From: a virus | Taxonomy: Duplodnaviria; Caudoviricetes | Reading direction: 5' to 3' (one strand) | IMG/VR virus record: IMGVR_UViG_3300044728_000198 | Span: 1-51,918 of that record | Length of the DNA: 51,918 bases | Part shown: in pieces, positions 10,201-18,943 of the stretch | Position numbering within the stretch: the stretch's first letter is position 1 | How the letters are laid out: each line of letters opens with the position of its first letter | Position numbers and translations under genes: made by a program | The notes under the pieces: model-generated | Told to the model about the DNA's origin: nothing | Seen by the model: the letters and a program-made list of their open reading frames with translations, nothing else | The model's database searches: none

Positions 10201-13200
10201 CCCAGTTGATGCTCCGGGGCACCACCAACGGCGTTCGGATGAACTCCAACAACGGCTTCTTCCTGATCGAGGGGGTCGATGGCACCGGAGTAACGACCTA
10301 CCAGCCGCTCTGGTTGGGCGGCTCGCAGATCGCGCTGGTCGCGCCGACCTACATGGGCAACAACCACACGTTCACGCTGGCCAAAGACCCTGTAAATCCG
10401 CTGGAAGCCGCCACCAAGCAATACGTGGATGCGAAAGTTAATACGGGAGTAAGCGGCTACCTGCCGCTCACGGGCGGTTCGGTCACCGGCACGACCTACT
10501 TCTCGCCCATGATATGGGTCCAGGCCAGTCCGATCTCACTCGCGGTCATCCCTAATCAGGCTGGCGGGGCCTACAACGGTCTTGTTCAGACGGGGGACGT
10601 GCACTTCCTCGCCTACGCGGGGGTGCCGGACACGGGCGTTCTCACTCTCGCGCCGTGGAGCAACTCGACGCTTGGCATCCGTATCGACGGGGCCGCGCAC
10701 ACCGTCACGGTGACCGCCACCACCAGCGTCGACATCGGCGGTGGCCCGTTGAACGTCTACAGCGTGGCGGACTTCAAAAACCTGATTAAGACCACCGCTA
10801 ACGTCGGCGGGGTCGTGCCGCCTCCCGGTAACGCCGGATACATCATGTGGAACGGGTCGGGCTCGCAGGGCGAGATGACCTTCGCCAACGGCTACACCGG
10901 GACCAACACCAGCTTCTCGTTCCGGCAGATCAAAGCCGCTGGCGTGTGGGACACGCACGCCACCCTCGACAATACCGGCCTCACGCTGTCCGGCATCGGC
11001 GTCCGCTACAACGGCGTCGCGGGCGGCGGAAACGTCATAGGCTTCGCCTGGAGCGGTTCGGCGATGGTCTCGTTCGTGGACGGGACAAACGTCGGCACAC
11101 TCGCCACCACGGGACAAGTGGACGCCAAGGTCTCCAAGGCCGGGGACACCATGACCGGCGCGCTGACGATCCAGGGCAACCTCAACGTGTTCCCCGGTTC
11201 ACTGACGGTCAGTTACGACGCGGTGTTTGGTTTTGATAACGCCGGATATTCCGCCATCTACATGAACGCGGGACCGGCGACCAACCGCATCACGTATTAC
11301 AAGACAAACAGCGTGACGCGCTGGCTCTACGGCGTGAACGCCTCGCCCGAGAGCGGTGGCAACGCGGGCTCGGACTTCTTCCTCGCCGCCTATACCGACG
11401 CGGGTGTCGGCGGGCCGACGGCGTTCTGGTTCTCCCGCGCCACGGGCCTCGGGGTCATAGCGGGCGATCCCGTCGATCCGCTGGGTATCGCGACCAAGCA
11501 GTATGTGGACGCCAAAGCCGCCGCTGGCGGCGCGGGGGTTTATCTCCCCCTCACGGGCGGCGTGCTGACCGGTCCCCTGGGCATGGGCGTGGCGGTCACG
11601 GCGAGCGCGAAAGCCAGGACGATCCAGACCGAGATGCTCGTGCTGCCCTGGGCCAACGGCGGTATCGGGGCCAACGTCTTCGTCGACAACGTGGGCGGCG
11701 GGACCTGGAGGGCGGTCGCCAACGGCGCGGGCTGGATGATGATTAACGGGGCCACGGACACGTGGCAGCTCGCGACGTGGAACACCTCCACCGCCGGGGC
11801 CGCCGTGACGGGCATAGGGCGGCTGACCTTCGACGGGCGGGGCAACCTCGCCATCGGTTACCTCGCCCCGCAGACCCAGGCCCTGGGCAACAACGCGCAA
11901 GGCGGCTGGCTGTTCGGATGGGGCGCGACCCTCAACAACTGGGCGGGCAACGCCTACTACGAGGGGCCCGACTGGCGCTACCGGGAAGCGGGCCATGCCT
12001 GGAACGTCCAGGGGGCCAACGGTGCCAGCTTCATGTGGCAGGCCGCTCCATCGGGCGCGGCGGGTGCCATCGCGCCGATGACGACCCAGATGCAACTCAG
12101 CTACGACGGCGGGCTCAACGTCAACATGAGCATCCGGACGCGGCAAATCTTCGTGATTAACCCGCCCGGCGGCAACTCGACCATCAACCTGGACGGCATT
12201 AACGGCACCTATCGCTACATCTCCGGTCTGACCAACGGCTTGTCGCGCTGGCAAATCCAGATGCCGGACGCCGGGGCCGAGTCAGGGGCCAACGCCGGAT
12301 CGAACTTCATCATCTCGCGCTTCGATGACGCGGGGGATTACCTCGGCTCACCACTCACCATCATCCGCGCGACCGGCAACGTCACCATCGCTCAGACCCT
12401 CGCCGTCAACAGTGGGCGTCTGGTCAGCTTCGGCTCCTCCAACCCCGCCGTCACCGTCTATAACTCGGCGGGCTACGCGGGCGGCATGTGGCAGGGCGCG
12501 GACGGCAACCTCTACTTCGGCGACAGCGACGGCGGCGGCACGCCACAGTTTGGGCGGATGTATATCGACCGCTCAAGCCAGCTATGGGGCACCGCCGCCA
12601 TCACCAGCGGATACCTCCACTCGACTGGCAGCGCCAACATCGACGGCCGCGCTACCGTCAACGAGATCATGTGCGTCTCGGGCGTGTTCCGCGTCGCCAA
12701 CAACGACGCCTACTACATGCAGCGCGACAGTGCCGGAAACTGGAACTTTGTCGAGGGCGGCACGGTCATCGGTTACCTCAACAGCGGTGGTATGCACTGT
12801 AGAAACGGTCAGAGCGGGCTATACGCGGGCGGCACTGGCGTCGTCCTTGAGATGGCTCCCAACTGGTACTGGGACTGGAACATCAGCAACGGCACCTTGT
12901 CCTGGATGGCGTCGGGCAACACGGTCTTCACCATGGACGGGGGCCTCAACGCCGCGTTCCATAACGGCACCGTTACCGTGAACGGGTCGCGCCTCGTCTG
13001 TAACACCAACTGCACCGGTATCCAGTTCGCCTCCGGGGCTTACAACTCGGGCAGCACGTTCGTCCTCGGTTGGAGTAACATAACCGCCAACCTCGTCACG
13101 GTCAGTGTCGACAGCGGCGGCGCGGCTTACGCGATAGCCAACGCCTCCGACGCGCGGCTCAAACACAATATCGGGGCGTCGGACTTCGACTGCCTGGATG

Positions 13201-13520
13201 CGGTGTCGAAGCTGTCACTGGTCGAGTTCGACTGGTTGATGATCGACGATCCGTGGAAGCTACGGGAAGCCCGCGCCACGCCGAGGACCAACGCGATCAG
13301 CCCCCGCAAGGTGCGCGCGGGCCTGATCGCCCAGGAAGTAGCGAAGGTAATCCCCGAGGCCGTCCACGCCGGGGACGATTTTGATGACCATCTGGGTCGC
13401 GTCTGGGGCCTCGACAGCAACGTCATGGATGCCATGCTGATCGGCGCGATCCAGCAACTCGTCGCGCGAAACACCGAACTGGCCGCGCGTATAACGCAAC
13501 TTGAAAGAAGGAAACACTGA
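7194..13520 (+). CDS. Long modular tail fibre with collagen region, knob-like domain and C-terminal S74 chaperone
   Basis: Gly-X-Y repeats, repeated ATKQYVD / YLPLxGG linkers, and [10 protein letters not shown]...GLIAQEV...LIGAIQQL. The TTG start is supported by N-terminal similarity to the 13894 fibre. Confidence 0.9.
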   Translation: MPDSIPPDHALLPQQFYWDESELPGKIWVGVPTWVDPSGKKMIWDTASDTFLDAPINDASYGRKNGAWSPVLPITGGTLSGPLTLEGPYDLTLARDPTLPMHAVTLQYLDIQIANNPGPVGPMGPAGADGADGADSTVPGPAGPQGIQGVPGVAGADGATGPAGADGAVGPQGPQGVQGVPGVAGADGATGPQGIQGVPGADGATGATGPTGPAGVDGATGPQGIQGVKGDPGATGATGAPGPTGPTGSTGAQGPTGSTGPAGPTAVSADANNYVHLGTDNLLFAPLAVKIAGDTMLGPLYLPLPDPTDPTQATHKAYVDAKDAVLQQEIQALAETLVFVGQCHVTTDTTQFTLASGITPNPGPLPAPTPAIKGFYVICVENGAPPAGNIPPDNYVLHDWLVCDGAVWIHLKLGLVYFAASQVAVVPPIAGTDDVQEALQYLYNNQVTAAQGDARWVNVTGDTMTGPLQINWTPTDTAAQLWLRPQPGGDLSKSIIRFSGTFDAATNDGGPRYAASIRAGFASNAWSYENLDIWLNNGGSNDASSDLNQTRVARFQLAQITFDRPTTFLGGQYFSDGTVGAPWDLSRHIRFHSANYGFSVTNTGMLAHVTDAPGSNVFIAGTTETARINSTGLHMLNNDVWLSRDPSQPMHATTRQYVDGKVSTAVGAYLPLSGGTLSGGLQINAYSPPWGSFNFAAQLLIRGVQNNGIGIFDSSDANPMAIINGAGTLGFYAMPPWGDSATPPVPRLTLEPTQATFSTALRVNGQFYIANPYGLNLIDANGSNGFRAFVQADNHMVWTISGAAGGDRVVAAMYVRNDGSSFEWYAPQTSYGGIALSGSDVTLARDPSNPMHATTRQYVDAKVGAGLSDAPNNGLMYGRRSAAWWRSADIREIGGGAFDMNVPSDSFIGLYQVTNQTGGLNWPSGNGDQTASILQSYNSNAGWMTQLMMGGRSFHNGPALWYRAIDDTYPADASQWSPWYRMLATVNGVLEQKLDIAFPDGVSQLMLRGTTNGVRMNSNNGFFLIEGVDGTGVTTYQPLWLGGSQIALVAPTYMGNNHTFTLAKDPVNPLEAATKQYVDAKVNTGVSGYLPLTGGSVTGTTYFSPMIWVQASPISLAVIPNQAGGAYNGLVQTGDVHFLAYAGVPDTGVLTLAPWSNSTLGIRIDGAAHTVTVTATTSVDIGGGPLNVYSVADFKNLIKTTANVGGVVPPPGNAGYIMWNGSGSQGEMTFANGYTGTNTSFSFRQIKAAGVWDTHATLDNTGLTLSGIGVRYNGVAGGGNVIGFAWSGSAMVSFVDGTNVGTLATTGQVDAKVSKAGDTMTGALTIQGNLNVFPGSLTVSYDAVFGFDNAGYSAIYMNAGPATNRITYYKTNSVTRWLYGVNASPESGGNAGSDFFLAAYTDAGVGGPTAFWFSRATGLGVIAGDPVDPLGIATKQYVDAKAAAGGAGVYLPLTGGVLTGPLGMGVAVTASAKARTIQTEMLVLPWANGGIGANVFVDNVGGGTWRAVANGAGWMMINGATDTWQLATWNTSTAGAAVTGIGRLTFDGRGNLAIGYLAPQTQALGNNAQGGWLFGWGATLNNWAGNAYYEGPDWRYREAGHAWNVQGANGASFMWQAAPSGAAGAIAPMTTQMQLSYDGGLNVNMSIRTRQIFVINPPGGNSTINLDGINGTYRYISGLTNGLSRWQIQMPDAGAESGANAGSNFIISRFDDAGDYLGSPLTIIRATGNVTIAQTLAVNSGRLVSFGSSNPAVTVYNSAGYAGGMWQGADGNLYFGDSDGGGTPQFGRMYIDRSSQLWGTAAITSGYLHSTGSANIDGRATVNEIMCVSGVFRVANNDAYYMQRDSAGNWNFVEGGTVIGYLNSGGMHCRNGQSGLYAGGTGVVLEMAPNWYWDWNISNGTLSWMASGNTVFTMDGGLNAAFHNGTVTVNGSRLVCNTNCTGIQFASGAYNSGSTFVLGWSNITANLVTVSVDSGGAAYAIANASDARLKHNIGASDFDCLDAVSKLSLVEFDWLMIDDPWKLREARATPRTNAISPRKVRAGLIAQEVAKVIPEAVHAGDDFDDHLGRVWGLDSNVMDAMLIGAIQQLVARNTELAARITQLERRKH
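7545..7988 (+). repeat. Collagen-like Gly-X-Y coding repeat
   Basis: [19 protein letters not shown]-type triplets, with near-identical DNA repeats. Confidence 0.95.
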
Positions 13521-13521
13521 C

Positions 13522-13866
13522 ATGGCCGCGATAGTAATCCCAAACAACACCAGCTTCGGCGGTATGACCAACCAGACCATTTCCAGGCTGTTGCAGGTCA
13601 ACACGGCCATGGAACGTCTTAAAGACGCCCTGGCGACGGCGTCGTCGGCCTACACGGGTGTGGCGGGCACCCAGTATGAGGCGGTGTCCATGGGCATGGG
13701 GCCCTTCGCCCCGAACAACTTCGGCATCGTGCCGGACCCGGCGACGCCCGGCGCGCAGGGCACCAACTATGAATACGCGCTGAACACGCTGGCGGGGCAC
13801 TGGCTGACGTTCTGGCAGGCGGCGCAGCCGTCCATCGAGCAACTCGATAACGGCAGCGGCGTCTAA
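13522..13866 (+). CDS. Hypothetical protein, possibly fibre-associated
   Basis: ATG 13522 follows AAGGA, immediately after the fibre stop. Codon usage is typical of the genome. Confidence 0.75.
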   Translation: MAAIVIPNNTSFGGMTNQTISRLLQVNTAMERLKDALATASSAYTGVAGTQYEAVSMGMGPFAPNNFGIVPDPATPGAQGTNYEYALNTLAGHWLTFWQAAQPSIEQLDNGSGV

Positions 13867-13893
13867 GCCAGTCCCCACGGAGGGCACGAAACC

Positions 13894-15801
13894 ATGACCG
13901 CGAGAACCCAGGCAGCCCGGACGGGCACCAACAACGCCCCGCCCGGGGTCCTGCTGCCGGGTCAGTTCTACCTGGAGATGGGCGCGCCTCTCAGACTTTG
14001 GGCGGGCGTGCCCGTCGCCATCGACGGCACCGGGCGGCGTTTGCTCCTGGACGCGGGCACCTCGACCGGCGGGCCTTATTTGTCCCTGTCCGGGGGCGTC
14101 ATGACCGGGCCCCTGATCCTGTCGGGCTCGCCCACGGACCCCAAGGGCGCGGTGACCAAGGCTTACGCCGACAGCGTCGCGCCCGCCGGAGGGCCCTATT
14201 TGAAACTCTCGGGGGGCGCGTTGACCGGGCCCTTGTCCGTGGCCGGGGCACTGTCTTCCACGGGTGGGATGACCACCGTCGGGACGGTCCAGGTCAACGC
14301 GTCCACGGCGGGGAGCGGGGGCGTTCACTTACAGTCGGCGGATACGGCGCACCCGGGGATCGTCGGGTTCAACGCTCCCAACGGCGCGCGTGTCGGTTAC
14401 GTGGGTTACGGCGATGGCGTGAACAAACTCATGCTCCAGGCGGAAGCGCCTTACACGGGCTGGCGCGTGGGGGGCACCCTGGACGTAAACGGGACGATCA
14501 CCGCTTCGGTGGGTCTGAACGTGGGCAACATAGCGACCATCAACGGGAGCGCGGGGCAGAACGCTCTTTTAAGCCTCAACGCCGGGACCAGTCAGGTCAA
14601 ACTCATCCAGGCCCACACCAACGGCGCGGTGCGCTGGCAGGTGCAGGTAAGCGACGGCAACCCGGAAACCGGCGGCAACAACGGGTCTAACTTCAGCCTG
14701 CATCGTTTCGGTGACGCGGGTGACTACCTGGGGCAGGCGTTTTCGATCAACCGCGCGACCGGCGACGTGAACGTCGCGCAAAGTCTGGGAGCCGGGGTAA
14801 ACATCGTGGCGGGTAGCGCGTTCGCCCTGACCCGAGGGGCTTATATCCTCCAGACCGCCGACGGGGGATACACCCAGTTCGTCCAGGACGCGCTCGCGTG
14901 GCGATGGCAGTACACCCGCGCCAACGGCACCATGTCCTGGATACGGGGCTCCGACAACCTCGAACTGATGAACATAACCGGGGCGGGCGATATCAACGTC
15001 ATCCGCAACGTAAGCGCGGGCGGCACCGTCATCGGAGGGGTGGTCCGGTCCACGGGCGCGGTCTACGCCGACAACGGCCAGTTCATCGTCGCCAACAACC
15101 CGGCCTATCGTTTCGAGCGCGGCGGCAACGGCAACTGGGCGATCTTCGAGGGGAACACCCCGATCTTCATCGTCGGCCCGGATGGCACGACTTACGCGCG
15201 CGGGCAGTTTACCTCGGAAGGGACGGTCCGCGCCCTGCCCGGAGACAACAGCTTCGCGGCCAACGCCAACGGATACTACATCACCCTCTGCGGCGGCTAC
15301 CAGTTCGAGACCGGGGCCAACTGGATCGTCAACGGCGGTGGACGGCCCAACACCATCGTGGAGGGTTACTGGACCACCAACCGCGTCTTCGCGGTGGACA
15401 CCAGCGGCACGATAACCATCAACGGTCAGGCATACAAACCGGGCGGCGGGGCCTGGGGCGACACGTCGGACGCGCGTATCAAGACCGTGCACGGCGACTA
15501 CACCAAGGGTCTGGCCGAGGCCCTGCGGCTGCGTCCCGTGGTGTATAGTTACAACGGCAACGACAGCTTTTATTTACCCGGTGAAACAACCCACACCGAC
15601 ACCGAGAAACACTATGTCGGCTTCGTCGCCCAGGAGGTCCAGGGCGTGCTGCCCGCCATGGTGACGGAGCGGGAGGGCTGGATCGAGACCCGGCGGGTCA
15701 AGGACCTGCTCATACTGGATACCTCGGCGCTGCCCTGCGTGTTGCTCAACGCGATCAAGGAACTGCACGCCCGCGTCGCCGCCCTCGAAACCAAACACTA
15801 A
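13894..15801 (+). CDS. Second tail fibre/receptor-binding protein with S74 chaperone
   Basis: YLSLSGG/YLKLSGG linkers, AVTKAYAD, and TSDARIKTV...GFVAQEV...LLNAIKELHARV. Confidence 0.9.
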   Translation: MTARTQAARTGTNNAPPGVLLPGQFYLEMGAPLRLWAGVPVAIDGTGRRLLLDAGTSTGGPYLSLSGGVMTGPLILSGSPTDPKGAVTKAYADSVAPAGGPYLKLSGGALTGPLSVAGALSSTGGMTTVGTVQVNASTAGSGGVHLQSADTAHPGIVGFNAPNGARVGYVGYGDGVNKLMLQAEAPYTGWRVGGTLDVNGTITASVGLNVGNIATINGSAGQNALLSLNAGTSQVKLIQAHTNGAVRWQVQVSDGNPETGGNNGSNFSLHRFGDAGDYLGQAFSINRATGDVNVAQSLGAGVNIVAGSAFALTRGAYILQTADGGYTQFVQDALAWRWQYTRANGTMSWIRGSDNLELMNITGAGDINVIRNVSAGGTVIGGVVRSTGAVYADNGQFIVANNPAYRFERGGNGNWAIFEGNTPIFIVGPDGTTYARGQFTSEGTVRALPGDNSFAANANGYYITLCGGYQFETGANWIVNGGGRPNTIVEGYWTTNRVFAVDTSGTITINGQAYKPGGGAWGDTSDARIKTVHGDYTKGLAEALRLRPVVYSYNGNDSFYLPGETTHTDTEKHYVGFVAQEVQGVLPAMVTEREGWIETRRVKDLLILDTSALPCVLLNAIKELHARVAALETKH

Positions 15802-15812
15802 GGAGAAAACCC

Positions 15813-16031
15813 TTGTTGCAGCCTACAGATAAGATGTCCGTGACACTCGACGCGCAGACCTGGAACAACGTGATGGCGGTGCTGGGCAAAGCCGCCGTGC
15901 CTTACGAGGTCGTCGCCCCGCTGATCCATGAACTTCAGCGCCAGTGCAACGAACAGGCCCAGGCCGTTGACGGGCCCAGGACAGTCCAGGGCCCGCGTCC
16001 GGTCCCGAACCCGGATCAACTCGCGGGATAG
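15813..16031 (+). CDS. Small hypothetical protein (possible fibre assembly helper)
   Basis: AAGGAG RBS before a TTG start. Contains PYEVVAPLIHEL and directly follows an S74 fibre. Confidence 0.7.
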   Translation: MLQPTDKMSVTLDAQTWNNVMAVLGKAAVPYEVVAPLIHELQRQCNEQAQAVDGPRTVQGPRPVPNPDQLAG

Positions 16032-16214
16032 ATGGACGCCGCGTGGCCACCTGTCGCACTGGCACTGGCTCCGGTCCTGCTTGGGGCCCTGGTCGCGCTC
16101 GCGTGGCGGAACTCCCACACGATCCACGTCCTGGGTATCCGGCTGGACACGGCGGAACGCGACATCGCGCACCTGCGCGGCCTGATCGAACGCCAAATCA
16201 TGAAGGATAAATAA
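16032..16214 (+). CDS. Small membrane protein, holin-like candidate
   Basis: One N-terminal hydrophobic helix followed by a short coiled coil. Abuts the upstream stop. Confidence 0.55.
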   Translation: MDAAWPPVALALAPVLLGALVALAWRNSHTIHVLGIRLDTAERDIAHLRGLIERQIMKDK

Positions 16215-16215
16215 C

Positions 16216-16806
16216 ATGTCTGGGACCGACGAAGACCCGATCATCAACCCGCCATACAAGACCCCGACGGGCTACTCGGACGCCCCGCCGCCCGTGCCCG
16301 AGGACCCCAACATGGACCCGCTGGCGGTGGCGTATCTCGACGCGTTCCACGCGCCGCCCGATCCGCGCGATCCCTTACCCGACGCCGCCGGGACCCAGGC
16401 CCAGCCCGGGGTCCTGACCGACGCCAGCGGCTATCAGGACGCCTTCGTCAAACCGCCCGATCCGCGCGATCCCACCGAGACCGTGATCCTGCCCGGTGAA
16501 CTGATCCCGCTGGCCGGTCCCGAGGTCGAGGTCGCCGAGACCCCGCCGGTCAACCGGGACGTGCCTTACGCCGCCCAGGACGGCGCTTTGCTGACCTGCA
16601 CCATGGGCAACTGGGAGGGTGAGCCCACGGGCTACGCCTACCAGTGGATCAGCGGGGGCCTCGAGGTCGGCACCGACAGCTACATCTACAACCTCGTCGA
16701 GGCGGACGTGGGCGGGGCGTTCTCGTGCACGGTCACCGCGACCAACGCGTTCGGCGAGACCGAGGCCCCGGCGTCCAACGAAGTCACCGTGGGGGCGTGG
16801 ACATGA
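16216..16806 (+). CDS. Pro-rich protein with C-terminal Ig-like domain
   Basis: Repeated DAFxxPPDPRDP, plus PPVN..LTCTMGNW..YAYQW..DVG..CTVTATN. Confidence 0.75.
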   Translation: MSGTDEDPIINPPYKTPTGYSDAPPPVPEDPNMDPLAVAYLDAFHAPPDPRDPLPDAAGTQAQPGVLTDASGYQDAFVKPPDPRDPTETVILPGELIPLAGPEVEVAETPPVNRDVPYAAQDGALLTCTMGNWEGEPTGYAYQWISGGLEVGTDSYIYNLVEADVGGAFSCTVTATNAFGETEAPASNEVTVGAWT

Positions 16807-17189
16807 CCCTCGCGGCGGCACCGCACCCCATGTCCGTCTTCAGGTATCTGAAGACGGCGTGGCGGCTTTGGCTCGCGACGGGCAACGCCGCCACCGTCAC
16901 GGTCAACACGCCCGCCAGTCAGGCGGCGGCGAGCCCGTTGGTCGTGACCGGCACGGTCGTGGCGGACCCCAGCGTGCCGAAACCCATCGAGGTCAAGGTC
17001 AACCTCAACAAAGACGCGCTGTTCGTGGCGCAGCAAAGCGGCCTCGTGAACGCGACCACGGGGGCGTGGACCGTTACTTTCCCGGGCGGAACCACGACGG
17101 CGACCACGACCGCGACGGTGACGCCCTACGCGTTCGCCGCCGGGGTTGGTATCGGGGCGACCACAACCCCCAACTTCACCCTGACATAG
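16803..17189 (+). CDS. Small beta-rich (Ig-like) protein
   Basis: ATGA overlap with the previous gene. Thr/Val-rich beta pattern including TGAWTVTF. Confidence 0.65.
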   Translation: MTLAAAPHPMSVFRYLKTAWRLWLATGNAATVTVNTPASQAAASPLVVTGTVVADPSVPKPIEVKVNLNKDALFVAQQSGLVNATTGAWTVTFPGGTTTATTTATVTPYAFAAGVGIGATTTPNFTLT

Positions 17190-17198
17190 GCCCGGCCC

Positions 17199-17375
17199 AT
17201 GGCGATGCCCCCCAGCGTTGAGAACAAGAACATGCAGGCTTACGTCCGGGGCCAGATGGCCGGGAAAAAGAAGGCGGCGGCGAAGATCGCCGGGAAACAA
17301 GCCGCCGCCGAGGCCGAGGGCCCGGTGCCCGCCGAAGCGCGCCCCGCGCCCCCCATGAGGGCGGCGAAGGCGTGA
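17199..17375 (+). CDS. Small Lys/Ala-rich protein (58 aa, below track cut-off)
   Basis: MAMPPSVENKNMQAYVRGQMAGKKKAAAK...AAKA. It fills the gap exactly and its stop overlaps the terL GTG (GTGA). Confidence 0.65.
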   Translation: MAMPPSVENKNMQAYVRGQMAGKKKAAAKIAGKQAAAEAEGPVPAEARPAPPMRAAKA

Positions 17376-18940
17376 CACCGGACGAAAAACGCTACGAACT
17401 GGTCCTGAAGCGCCTGATCGCCGTGATCGACGCCAAGGACAACATGCTGGCGTTTACCCGTCTCATGATGCCCACGCCCGACAACCGGGATGACCCTGAT
17501 TACTCGCGCTACGACGCCCAGCGTTTTCACAAAGTCATGTGCGCGGGGCTCGAGGAACTCGAGAAGGGCACCATCAAGCGGCTTATTATTTCGCTTCCGC
17601 CACGTCACGGTAAAACTCAGTTGGCGTCGAAGATGTTCCCCGCGTGGTATATGGGCAGACGGCCCTGGGACAGTCTTATCTTCGGCACCTACAACGAAAA
17701 GTTCAGCCAGGACGTGGGCCGGGCGGTGCGCGAGATCATGTTATCCCCGGCCTACGCGCAGGTTTTCCCCGACGCCATCCTCAAGGTGAACAGCGTCGCC
17801 TCGGACCGCATGGAAACCGTTCAGGGCGGCATCATGGCCTTCGTGGGCCGGGGCGGCACGACCACCGGGCGCGGCGGTCACTGCCTCATCATCGACGATC
17901 CGCTCAAGGACCGGCACGAGGCTGACTCACCCACGATCCGGGACACGCTCTGGACGTGGTTCACGCAGGTCATCGCCTCACGGCTCATGGACGAAAACGG
18001 CAGGATCATGCTGATCCAGACGCGCTGGCACCAGGACGATCTGGTGGGCCGTCTGACCGATCCGACGAACACCTATTACGACCAGGACGAGGCCAAGGAG
18101 TGGCGCATCATCGACATGCCCGCTTTGGCCGACAGTCAGGACGGCGATGTCATGGGGCGCAAAGAAGGAGAAGCCCTATGGCCTGGGAGGTTCGGACGGG
18201 ACTTTCTTCTTGGCTTACAACGCAGAGACACCCGTGGGTTCAGCGCCCTCTATCAGGGTCGCCCCAGTCCCGCTGGCGGGGCTTTCTTCAGTTCGCGCTG
18301 GCTCAACACCTATCAACCCAAGGAACTCCCTCCAAATCTGCGTGTCTACGCCGCCTCCGATCACGCCGTCGCGCTCAAGCAGACGAGTGACAAGACCTGC
18401 CTGATGATGGCGGGCGTCGACGAGGACAGCACGATCTGGATTTTGCCCGATCTGGTCTGGCGGCAGATGTCCGCCGAGCAGGCCGTCGAAGCCATGATCC
18501 GCCTCATGCGGGCGCACAAGCCGGTCTTTTGGTGGGCGGAAAAGTCGCACATCTCCAAGGCCATCGGGCCCTTTCTGCGCAAGCGTATGCTGGAGACCAA
18601 GACATACTGCTCGATCATCGAGATGCAGCCCGTCGCCGACAAGCAGACCCGCGCCCAGTCGATCCAGGGCCGCATGTCCATGGGCAAGGTGCGCTTCCCG
18701 GAGCGGGCCCCGTGGTGGCCCATGGCGCGCGATCAGATGTTGAAGTTCCCCTATGACAGCCACGACGATTTCGTGGACTCGCTGGCTTATATCGGCCTCG
18801 GGCTTGCCCTCCAGGTGGGCGCGGGGCCCGTGAGACCCAGTGCCCGGGTCAACGAAGAGGGCACGTTCGGCTGGATGAAGATGGAACGCGAGATGGCCGA
18901 GCGGTCGGTGCGCCAGACTTTTGGCGCGGGAGGGTTTTAG
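17372..18940 (+). CDS. terL: Terminase large subunit
   Basis: Walker A ISLPPRHGKT, Walker B LIIDDP, coupling motif IQTRWH, and nuclease motifs ASDHA and HDDFVD. Confidence 0.95.
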   Translation: MTPDEKRYELVLKRLIAVIDAKDNMLAFTRLMMPTPDNRDDPDYSRYDAQRFHKVMCAGLEELEKGTIKRLIISLPPRHGKTQLASKMFPAWYMGRRPWDSLIFGTYNEKFSQDVGRAVREIMLSPAYAQVFPDAILKVNSVASDRMETVQGGIMAFVGRGGTTTGRGGHCLIIDDPLKDRHEADSPTIRDTLWTWFTQVIASRLMDENGRIMLIQTRWHQDDLVGRLTDPTNTYYDQDEAKEWRIIDMPALADSQDGDVMGRKEGEALWPGRFGRDFLLGLQRRDTRGFSALYQGRPSPAGGAFFSSRWLNTYQPKELPPNLRVYAASDHAVALKQTSDKTCLMMAGVDEDSTIWILPDLVWRQMSAEQAVEAMIRLMRAHKPVFWWAEKSHISKAIGPFLRKRMLETKTYCSIIEMQPVADKQTRAQSIQGRMSMGKVRFPERAPWWPMARDQMLKFPYDSHDDFVDSLAYIGLGLALQVGAGPVRPSARVNEEGTFGWMKMEREMAERSVRQTFGAGGF

Positions 18941-18943
18941 GCC

